Under the pieces are notes generated by a model. The model saw only the letters and a list, made by a program, of their open reading frames with translations, did no database searches and had not been told where the DNA came from. 45,782 bases of DNA, taken from a virus. This document shows positions 35,810-42,349 of the stretch, in pieces (within the stretch, counting starts at the first letter, position 1; every line of letters begins with the position of its first letter). The position numbers and the translations under genes were made by a program. The stretch is taken from UHGV virus genome UHGV-0242872; one strand, 5' to 3'.

Positions 35810-36272
35810 TGGATTGCATTTTACCGCCGCGTTCGAGGGATTCCGAGGAACTGCGTATCGCGCTACACCGAATGAGAAGTACCTGACTATTGGGTATGGA
35901 AGCTATGGCCCGCATGTTAAGGCGGGGCAGACCATCACTCCAGGACAAGGCCTCCTGTTACTTAATCGCGATATGGCTAAAGCCGTAGCTGCGGTTGATG
36001 CGGCAGCGCACCATTCACTGACACAGGCACAGTTCGATGCCGTGTGTGACCTGGTCTATAACGCGGGTGCTGGTGTGATTGCAGCTACTACCGGCACGGG
36101 TAAGGCCCTGCGCTCCGGTGACATCGCGACGCTGCGGGCTAAGCTGGCGCTGTTCATCAACCAGAACGGCAAACCGTTACTGGGCCTGCGCCGCCGTACC
36201 GCGGGTCGCCTGGCGCTGTTCGACGGTAAACCGTGGCAGGAGGCGGAGGCTATCGGGAGGGCTGTTAAATGA
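35787..36272 (+). CDS. endolysin (GH24 lysozyme-like)
   Basis: GTG 35787 with GGAGG SD; motifs FEGFRGTAY and TIGYG. Confidence 0.75.
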   Translation: MSRNISDNGLHFTAAFEGFRGTAYRATPNEKYLTIGYGSYGPHVKAGQTITPGQGLLLLNRDMAKAVAAVDAAAHHSLTQAQFDAVCDLVYNAGAGVIAATTGTGKALRSGDIATLRAKLALFINQNGKPLLGLRRRTAGRLALFDGKPWQEAEAIGRAVK

Positions 36273-36335
36273 TGGAAGAAAACTGGGACGTATATAAACT
36301 TACTCCCACGCTGCTTGTGCTTGCACCACCCGAAA

Positions 36336-36363
36336 CCCGGACCGCGAATCCGGGTTTTATTTT
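36336..36363 (+). terminator. intrinsic terminator
   Basis: CCCGGA-CCGCGAA-TCCGGG hairpin followed by TTTTATTTT. Confidence 0.7.
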
Positions 36364-36437
36364 ACCAATTGACACCTAAGACTAATCCGACGATACTTAA
36401 ATCACCTCCTGTTCCATCCCTCTGCTCTCCAGTTTTA

Positions 36438-36469
36438 TCCCGGCCCTGACCCAGCCGGGATTTTTTTTT
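36438..36469 (+). terminator. intrinsic terminator
   Basis: TCCCGGC-N9-GCCGGGA hairpin followed by a T9 run. Confidence 0.75.
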
Positions 36470-36491
36470 ATCTATTTTCGGTAATGACTAG

Positions 36492-36520
36492 TTGACTATT
36501 ACCCTCGACCCTATTATATT
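36492..36520 (+). promoter_or_regulatory. sigma70 promoter TTGACT-N17-TATATT
   Basis: consensus-like hexamers upstream of gene at 36554. Confidence 0.6.
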
Positions 36521-36553
36521 TACTCCATCGACAACGAGAACGGAGTAGAGAAG

Positions 36554-36751
36554 ATGAGTAACGTACCGACAATCGCAATAACCGAGGAACTTGAAGCCAA
36601 ATGTATCGCATCAGTTATAGGGAATGGTTCGGTGGAAAAACTACAGATGAGGGCCGCTGCGGGCTACATACGCAGGGCTAATAGTGCGATGAATGATTCC
36701 TTACGTAAACGTTACCTCATGAAAGCGTTAGAAATTCTGGAGAATAAGTAA
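36554..36751 (+). CDS. hypothetical protein (65 aa)
   Basis: GGAG SD; first gene after promoter. Confidence 0.45.
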   Translation: MSNVPTIAITEELEAKCIASVIGNGSVEKLQMRAAAGYIRRANSAMNDSLRKRYLMKALEILENK

Positions 36752-36900
36752 TGAAAATCACAGATATTGAGGCATTCAAAGACGCACAACTGATGGCACG
36801 TATCGCCGTTAGTAACCTTAGCAACAGCATTCCAGCGGACGCGTTCTGGTTCGCTGCGATGCAGACACTTAAAGCAGCATATGCAGGAGAGAAGAAATGA
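36751..36900 (+). CDS. hypothetical protein (49 aa)
   Basis: TAATG overlap upstream, ATGA overlap downstream; below track cutoff. Confidence 0.35.
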   Translation: MKITDIEAFKDAQLMARIAVSNLSNSIPADAFWFAAMQTLKAAYAGEKK

Positions 36901-37094
36901 AAGTTAAAGCAGCTAAAATTCTCTGGTTACCCGCCCTTGACTATGTGACAGAGGGTAAAGTGTATGACGTATACAACCCGAAAACTACTGGTTTTGGTTA
37001 TATAGTTGCCGATGACGGCTGTGATATTTACATAGACTTTGGTAGCGATGAAGGTGATGGTTTCCACGGCGTTAAATGGGAGATTGTCGAATGA
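36897..37094 (+). CDS. hypothetical protein (65 aa)
   Basis: ATGA coupled. Confidence 0.45.
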   Translation: MKVKAAKILWLPALDYVTEGKVYDVYNPKTTGFGYIVADDGCDIYIDFGSDEGDGFHGVKWEIVE

Positions 37095-37249
37095 GCGAAC
37101 AAACACCAATCAGCCAACCGTTACGAGTAGGCCGTAAAGTCAGTCACACCCCGTTCCCGACACGTGAAGAACTGATGAAACGTAACAGTTTCCCGGGGCC
37201 GGACAAGAACAAGTATCTCAATCGCATGTGGGGAGAGCGTAAAGAATGA
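37091..37249 (+). CDS. hypothetical protein (52 aa)
   Basis: ATGA overlaps on both ends; below track cutoff. Confidence 0.35.
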   Translation: MSEQTPISQPLRVGRKVSHTPFPTREELMKRNSFPGPDKNKYLNRMWGERKE

Positions 37250-37431
37250 CTGACCGCGAATATGAAAAGATGATGGTTGAGGCCGTTAACAGCGGCGTAG
37301 ACATCGGACACGTGATGCGCGTCCTGAATACTAAAATCGCGGTAGCCGAGCAAATGGTCGAGTCGCTTTACGAGACGCGCCGTGAACTGATTAACCGCTT
37401 CAACCTGAACAAAGGTGACACCAATGCCTAA
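37246..37431 (+). CDS. hypothetical protein (61 aa)
   Basis: ATGA coupled. Confidence 0.45.
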   Translation: MTDREYEKMMVEAVNSGVDIGHVMRVLNTKIAVAEQMVESLYETRRELINRFNLNKGDTNA

Positions 37432-37711
37432 AATCACAATCGCATCTCTCGAGCGCCGTATTCTGGTGCTTGAGTCGGAGAAACAGACGTTAGGCGGGCA
37501 ACTGTCGATTAACGGTGAGTTTCAGCTGGAGGCGTTCCGTATACTCCTCGGCGTTATGAAGCAGGAACCCAGCGCATACGCAGGAGTGTTCCTTGACGAG
37601 GAAGGTTCGCAGACACTAAGTTACTACGCTACCGAAGAAGAATTAGCGTTCGACGGCCCCGCGGTATCTATCCCGCTGTTCGATAACTGGATGGTGTACG
37701 ACTATGACTAA
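37424..37711 (+). CDS. hypothetical protein (95 aa)
   Basis: ATG 37424 with AGGTGA SD (track ORF opens on GTG 37415). Confidence 0.45.
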   Translation: MPKITIASLERRILVLESEKQTLGGQLSINGEFQLEAFRILLGVMKQEPSAYAGVFLDEEGSQTLSYYATEEELAFDGPAVSIPLFDNWMVYDYD

Positions 37712-37889
37712 AGCGCCTGAACCAGTAGTTATCGATGGCGTCCTGTGGAAGCCATACTCGGTTTACCACATCGACGCCGACGGGAAGAAGTTTAGCTTCT
37801 ACATTTTTGCAATTAGCCGTGAGCACGCCGCTTGTGTGGTTGACGATATTCGAGAAACGGCGTGGCTTGGTGATGAGATAGCGGGGTGA
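37704..37889 (+). CDS. hypothetical protein (61 aa)
   Basis: overlaps upstream stop. Confidence 0.45.
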   Translation: MTKAPEPVVIDGVLWKPYSVYHIDADGKKFSFYIFAISREHAACVVDDIRETAWLGDEIAG

Positions 37890-37893
37890 GAGT

Positions 37894-37977
37894 ATGAGTC
37901 TCGAGGTGGTTATCGGTCTGGTGGGTCTTAGTTACTTCATTGGGCTGTTGGTTGGGCTGTTGGTTGGGTTTCTGTGA
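37894..37977 (+). CDS. possible hydrophobic micro-peptide (27 aa)
   Basis: GGGGTGAG SD; contains tandem 12-nt repeat GGGCTGTTGGTT x2 encoding GLLVGLLVG. Confidence 0.25.
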   Translation: MSLEVVIGLVGLSYFIGLLVGLLVGFL

Positions 37978-37988
37978 GGTAAATACTA

Positions 37989-38159
37989 ATGTTCAGTGAC
38001 ATTAACGCGGCAATCGAAGAAGCAATCTGGCGTCGCTACAACGGCGAGCAACAACGGCATTTCTGCCTGGTGCAACGCGGTAACATGATTGCCGTAGTGC
38101 AGGACCGCGATAACAAATATCCGAATGCGATGTGGACAACGAGGAATTTTTTAGGATGA
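37989..38159 (+). CDS. hypothetical protein (56 aa)
   Basis: ATGA coupling to downstream gene; below track cutoff. Confidence 0.3.
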   Translation: MFSDINAAIEEAIWRRYNGEQQRHFCLVQRGNMIAVVQDRDNKYPNAMWTTRNFLG

Positions 38160-38392
38160 TTACCAGCATTCCGAACCTGATTAAAGAATTCGGCACGATG
38201 GCCGAGACATGCCGGCAAACCGGCATCAACGAAATGACGATTGCGAAGTACAGCAAAGACGTTGATTGCGAGCGCCACGTAATTTATAACAATCGTCTGA
38301 TGACACATGTTAAGACAAGCCCGGTGTTATTCACGCGCCGAGGTATCACTAAAACTGAGCAACGCATTGCTAAAGGGGAGAGTGGGGAATGA
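38156..38392 (+). CDS. hypothetical protein (78 aa)
   Basis: ATG 38156 inside track ORF 38132-38392. Confidence 0.4.
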   Translation: MITSIPNLIKEFGTMAETCRQTGINEMTIAKYSKDVDCERHVIYNNRLMTHVKTSPVLFTRRGITKTEQRIAKGESGE

Positions 38393-38571
38393 TTGAGATT
38401 TTGAGGGCTACGAATGTTGCTGGTGACCTGGTGTTTTGGCTGGCCTTTCTCGGTGTGCTGATAAAACAACCGACTCTGTTTAACAGTCTCCCTCGTTACC
38501 TGTGGTGGCCTATGTTTTTAGGCATGGGTGTATCAGGCGTGGCAGGCATCCTTTTGTGGTTTTTCAAATGA
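38389..38571 (+). CDS. small membrane protein
   Basis: 60 aa with two hydrophobic helices. Confidence 0.4.
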   Translation: MIEILRATNVAGDLVFWLAFLGVLIKQPTLFNSLPRYLWWPMFLGMGVSGVAGILLWFFK

Positions 38572-38672
38572 GACTACTAATCATCCCTAACGCCTGGGCC
38601 ATTCCCGTAGCCAACGACCATTACGGCGGCGACGGTAAAAGAGCGCAACGACACGGCCTATACAACTGATAC

Positions 38673-38697
38673 AAGCCCTCTACGGAGGGCTTTTCTG
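38673..38697 (+). terminator. intrinsic terminator
   Basis: AAGCCCTC-TACG-GAGGGCTT hairpin followed by TTCTGT. Confidence 0.65.
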
Positions 38698-38731
38698 TAC
38701 ATCCCGCCCAATCCCCTTATATAATCTATTT

Positions 38732-38750
38732 AGACGCGTAGGGCGCGTCT
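38732..38750. promoter_or_regulatory. perfect inverted repeat upstream of terS (candidate late-regulator site)
   Basis: AGACGCG-taggg-CGCGTCT, with TATAAT at 38720-38725 just upstream and no good -35. Confidence 0.3.
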
Positions 38751-38790
38751 GGTGCGCTCTGATGGTCAGACGCATATGCAAGGGGATTCT

Positions 38791-39300
38791 ATGAAGCTGA
38801 AACTTAAGCAGCCATCGCCAGAGGTGGTGCAAGCTGCACATGAAGAAGCTGTTAGCGCAAACCGTCGCCGTAAACAACCGCGCGGTAAACAGAGCCTTTA
38901 TCAATCATCCCGTAATTCCGCTGCGCTGTGGGACCCGGACTATTGCGACGAATTGATTCGTTTCTTTGACCGCGCGTCGTGGGAGCTTGTGCCAACGTCT
39001 AAGGGTGATGAACGCCCACTGATTCAGGATAAGCCGCCGTCACTGGCCCGCTTCGCCTTACACATCGGCGTAACTATCCCGATAATTAAGCTGTGGCTGC
39101 GCGAGATTCCCGCATTTGCAGAAGCCTGGGAGACAGCACAGGCGCTGGAAGAGGCATACTTCACTGAAACGGGGGCCGCGGGCATCTCCGCTACGTTCGC
39201 TGCCGCTAAGCTGGGCCTGAATAAAACAGTTGTCGCCGAAGAAGTACGCGACGAGCCAATCAGCGAAGTAACAATTAAGGTGGTGTCCGGTGAACGTTAA
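38791..39300 (+). CDS. terminase small subunit
   Basis: ATG 38791 with AAGGGGA SD; basic N-terminus; immediately precedes and overlaps terL. Confidence 0.55.
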   Translation: MKLKLKQPSPEVVQAAHEEAVSANRRRKQPRGKQSLYQSSRNSAALWDPDYCDELIRFFDRASWELVPTSKGDERPLIQDKPPSLARFALHIGVTIPIIKLWLREIPAFAEAWETAQALEEAYFTETGAAGISATFAAAKLGLNKTVVAEEVRDEPISEVTIKVVSGER

Positions 39301-40561
39301 TATCACGGCAACGGAGCCGCAAGGCGCGTTTCTCGGTATGCATTGCAAGTTTCCGGCATTCGTAGCTGGCTTCGGTACGGGTAAATCCGAAGTTATGTGC
39401 AACTCTGCACTACTCGACAGCATGGAAGGTGGTAGCGATTCTATCATCGCCATGTATGAGCCGACCTATGACCTGGTGCGCCTCATCCTTGCACCGCGTA
39501 TGGAAGAAAAGCTCACCGACTGGGGTATCCGGTACAAATACAACAAGTCTGACAACATAATCTATACGTCTTCCGGACAATTTGGGGATTTTGTTCTGCG
39601 TACACTTGATAATCCAGCAAGAATCGTTGGCTACGAATCGTTTCGTGCGAAAATCGACGAGTTGGACACCCTTAACATGGAGCACGCCGAGCACGCGTGG
39701 AACAAAGTCATCGCCCGTAACCGCCAGTTGCCGCGGACATATAAACCTATTACACCGAAACCTGCTAATACCGTTTCCGTGTTCACTACCCCGGAAGGAT
39801 TCCGTTTCGTACATGACCGCTGGGTAGTCAAAAAGAATCCAGGCTACGAGATGATTCAGGCGTCCACCCTGTCTAACCCGTTCCTGCCAGAAGATTATGT
39901 GCAGTCGTTACGCGACACATACCCAGGTCAGTTGATTGACGCCTACATCGACGGCAAGTTCGTAAACCTCACGTCCGGAACGGTATACTATGCTTACGAC
40001 CGCAGGAAAAACAGCAGTCGCGAAACAATCAATCCCGGCGAGACTCTGTATATTGGGCAGGACTTTAACGTAGGTCACATGGCGAGCACGGTTTACGTGC
40101 AACGCGGTAAGGTCTGGCACGCTGTTGCCGAGTTGGTTGATATGTTCGATACGCCTGACGTAGTGCGGGCCATAACTGAGCGATGGAAAAGTAAGGGCCA
40201 CTATATCGTTATGTACCCGGACGCCAGCGGCAAAAACCGTAAAAGCAACAACGCCAGTACCTCAGACATCGCTCAGTTACAGCAGGCCGGTTTCGAAGTA
40301 CGCGCCAAATCAACAAACCCGCCGGTTAAAGACCGCGTATCAGCAATGAACAAGGCGCTTGAATCTGGTATGGTCATGATTAATGAGCAGGCATGCCCGG
40401 TTACGGCGCGATGCCTTGAGCAACAGGCTTACGACAAGAACGGCGAACCGGATAAATCGGGTGGTGTGGACCACCAGAACGACGGGACCACATATCCTAT
40501 CGCGTATGAAATGCCGATTCGCAAACCAGTTATTAATGTCCCGGTGACTTTCGCACTTTAA
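39290..40561 (+). CDS. terminase large subunit
   Basis: 423 aa; Walker A GFGTGKS near N-terminus; GTG start overlapping terS end. Confidence 0.85.
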   Translation: MNVNITATEPQGAFLGMHCKFPAFVAGFGTGKSEVMCNSALLDSMEGGSDSIIAMYEPTYDLVRLILAPRMEEKLTDWGIRYKYNKSDNIIYTSSGQFGDFVLRTLDNPARIVGYESFRAKIDELDTLNMEHAEHAWNKVIARNRQLPRTYKPITPKPANTVSVFTTPEGFRFVHDRWVVKKNPGYEMIQASTLSNPFLPEDYVQSLRDTYPGQLIDAYIDGKFVNLTSGTVYYAYDRRKNSSRETINPGETLYIGQDFNVGHMASTVYVQRGKVWHAVAELVDMFDTPDVVRAITERWKSKGHYIVMYPDASGKNRKSNNASTSDIAQLQQAGFEVRAKSTNPPVKDRVSAMNKALESGMVMINEQACPVTARCLEQQAYDKNGEPDKSGGVDHQNDGTTYPIAYEMPIRKPVINVPVTFAL

Positions 40562-40573
40562 GAGGATTATTCA

Positions 40574-42046
40574 ATGTTAACTATGAACGGTCAGAATCAG
40601 GGTGTTAAGACAAAACACCGGGAATGGCTGCACCACTTCGATAAATGGCAGAAGGTGCGCCACGCGCTGGAAGGCGACCTTATCCGCTATCTGCGCAACG
40701 TTGGGAAGAATGAGCCGGACCCGACCTACGCGGCACAGCGCCAGGAAGAATACGAGAACGGCGCTATCTGTTACAACTTCACCAAGAGAACGCTGGCGGG
40801 GATGGTCGGCAGTGTCATGCGCAAAGACCCCGAGCAGATTATACCGCCTGAACTGGAGTACCTGTTACGTAACGCGGACGGTTCTGGTGTCGGGCTGTGG
40901 CAGCACGCACAGGATACGCTAATGGAGATTGATTCGGTGGGTCGTGGCGGGTTGCTGGTGGACGCCCCGGAGACTGCTGCCGCAACGGCAGCTGAACAGA
41001 ACGCAGGGTTATTAAACCCGGTCATCGCATTCTACACCGCAGAGAACATCATCAACTGGCGACTGACCCGCGTCGGTTCTGTTAACCGTGTGACAATGGT
41101 CGTGTTGCGTGAAGTGTGGGAATACTCAGAACCTGGAGCAGAGTTCGAAACTAAGTTCGGTGAACAGTACCGCGTCCTTGACCTGATTGATGGTCGCTAC
41201 CGCCAGCGCATTTACCGTTTCGACGCCGAGGGCGGCGCTCAGGGCGAAGTAATCGAAATCTTCCCGGAACTCGGCGAACAGTTACGCGGCAAAATCCCGT
41301 TCACGTTCATTGGTGCAAGCAACAACGATGCAACCATTGACGATGCACCTTTGCTGCCGTTGGCTGAGCTTAATATTGGGCATTTCCGCAACAGTGCAGA
41401 CAATGAGGAGTCCAGCTTCGTCGTAGGCCAGCCTACTCTGTTCATCGCCCCCGGTGAGAACATGAGCATGGAACAATGGAAAGAAGCCAACCCGCACGGA
41501 GTGCGTATGGGGTCACGTTCTGGCCATAACATCGGTTACGGCGGCAATGCGTTTCTGGTCCAGGCCGGTGAGAACAACCTAGCCAAGCAGAACATGCTGG
41601 ATAAAGAGAATCAGGCCATCCAGATTGGTGCGCAGCTTATCACCCCTACCCAGCAAATCACCGCTGAATCAGCCCGCCTGCAACGTGGTGCCGACACGTC
41701 CGTTATGGCGACAATTGCACGTAACGTAAGCATGGCGTATACCGATGCGCTAAAGTGGGTTGCGGGTATGCTTGGGCTTAGTGACGGCACTGAAATTGAG
41801 TTCAAACTGAACATGGAGTTCTTCCTGCAACCAATGACCGCCCAGGACCGCACTCAGTGGATGGCGGATATTAACGCGGGCCTGTTACCGGCTACCGCTT
41901 ACTATGCCGCGTTGCGTAAGGCGGGGGTAACTGACTGGACAGACGAGGACATTCAGAACGCTATCGAGGATGCGCCGCTGCCGGTGGGTGCGGTCACTCC
42001 GGTAGCAGGCGAAATCCCGCAGTCGGTGCAGCAACAGCAGGAGTAA
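40574..42046 (+). CDS. portal protein
   Basis: 490 aa immediately after terL, AGAGGA SD. Confidence 0.8.
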   Translation: MLTMNGQNQGVKTKHREWLHHFDKWQKVRHALEGDLIRYLRNVGKNEPDPTYAAQRQEEYENGAICYNFTKRTLAGMVGSVMRKDPEQIIPPELEYLLRNADGSGVGLWQHAQDTLMEIDSVGRGGLLVDAPETAAATAAEQNAGLLNPVIAFYTAENIINWRLTRVGSVNRVTMVVLREVWEYSEPGAEFETKFGEQYRVLDLIDGRYRQRIYRFDAEGGAQGEVIEIFPELGEQLRGKIPFTFIGASNNDATIDDAPLLPLAELNIGHFRNSADNEESSFVVGQPTLFIAPGENMSMEQWKEANPHGVRMGSRSGHNIGYGGNAFLVQAGENNLAKQNMLDKENQAIQIGAQLITPTQQITAESARLQRGADTSVMATIARNVSMAYTDALKWVAGMLGLSDGTEIEFKLNMEFFLQPMTAQDRTQWMADINAGLLPATAYYAALRKAGVTDWTDEDIQNAIEDAPLPVGAVTPVAGEIPQSVQQQQE

Positions 42047-42072
42047 AGAAAAAGGCCCCGTTATGGGGCCTT
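42047..42072. terminator. hairpin terminator (stronger on minus strand)
   Basis: AGGCCCC-GTTAT-GGGGCCT; U-tract lies on the minus-strand side. Confidence 0.55.
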
Positions 42073-42075
42073 AGC

Positions 42076-42249
42076 TTATGCGTCTCTACTCGCCAGATAA
42101 TCACAGCGGGCTATGGCTAAGTCTAAGCTACTGTATGCGCTATCTGTTTTAGCGTGGGTGAACCCCGAAATCATTACGTGGTACACGCCTTTATCGTTTA
42201 GAACCCAGTATTTACCATTTTCGTGCATTATGTCTTTTTCTTTGAACAT
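42076..42249 (-). CDS. hypothetical protein (57 aa)
   Basis: ATG 42249 with AGGAG SD; driven by minus-strand TTGCAG-N17-TACTAT promoter. Confidence 0.4.
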   Translation of the reverse strand: MFKEKDIMHENGKYWVLNDKGVYHVMISGFTHAKTDSAYSSLDLAIARCDYLASRDA

Positions 42250-42296
42250 TTTTCATCTCCTGTTTAAGTTAACTGAATAGTACCCTATTATATTGG
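42246..42296 (+). repeat. 51-nt direct repeat, copy 1 (promoter, operator and SD of a minus-strand small gene)
   Basis: 50/51 identical to 44977-45027. Confidence 0.8.
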
Positions 42297-42305
42297 TGTC
42301 TGCAA
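42277..42305 (-). promoter_or_regulatory. sigma70-like promoter TTGCAG-N17-TACTAT
   Basis: minus strand; palindrome AATAG-tacc-CTATT 42276-42289 overlaps the -10; part of 51-nt repeat. Confidence 0.5.
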
Positions 42306-42349
42306 ATATTATTTTTATGCGTTACACTGGCGATACTACAGGAGGGCAC

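Noticed and set aside
36269-36379. 36-codon ORF starting on the endolysin stop codon
   Set aside because: Runs straight through an intrinsic terminator hairpin, has no SD, and shows no recognisable protein features.
37942-37965. Tandem 12-nt repeat GGGCTGTTGGTT x2 as a CRISPR-like or satellite repeat
   Set aside because: Only two units, no spacers, and it lies inside a small hydrophobic ORF; no CRISPR array exists in the window.
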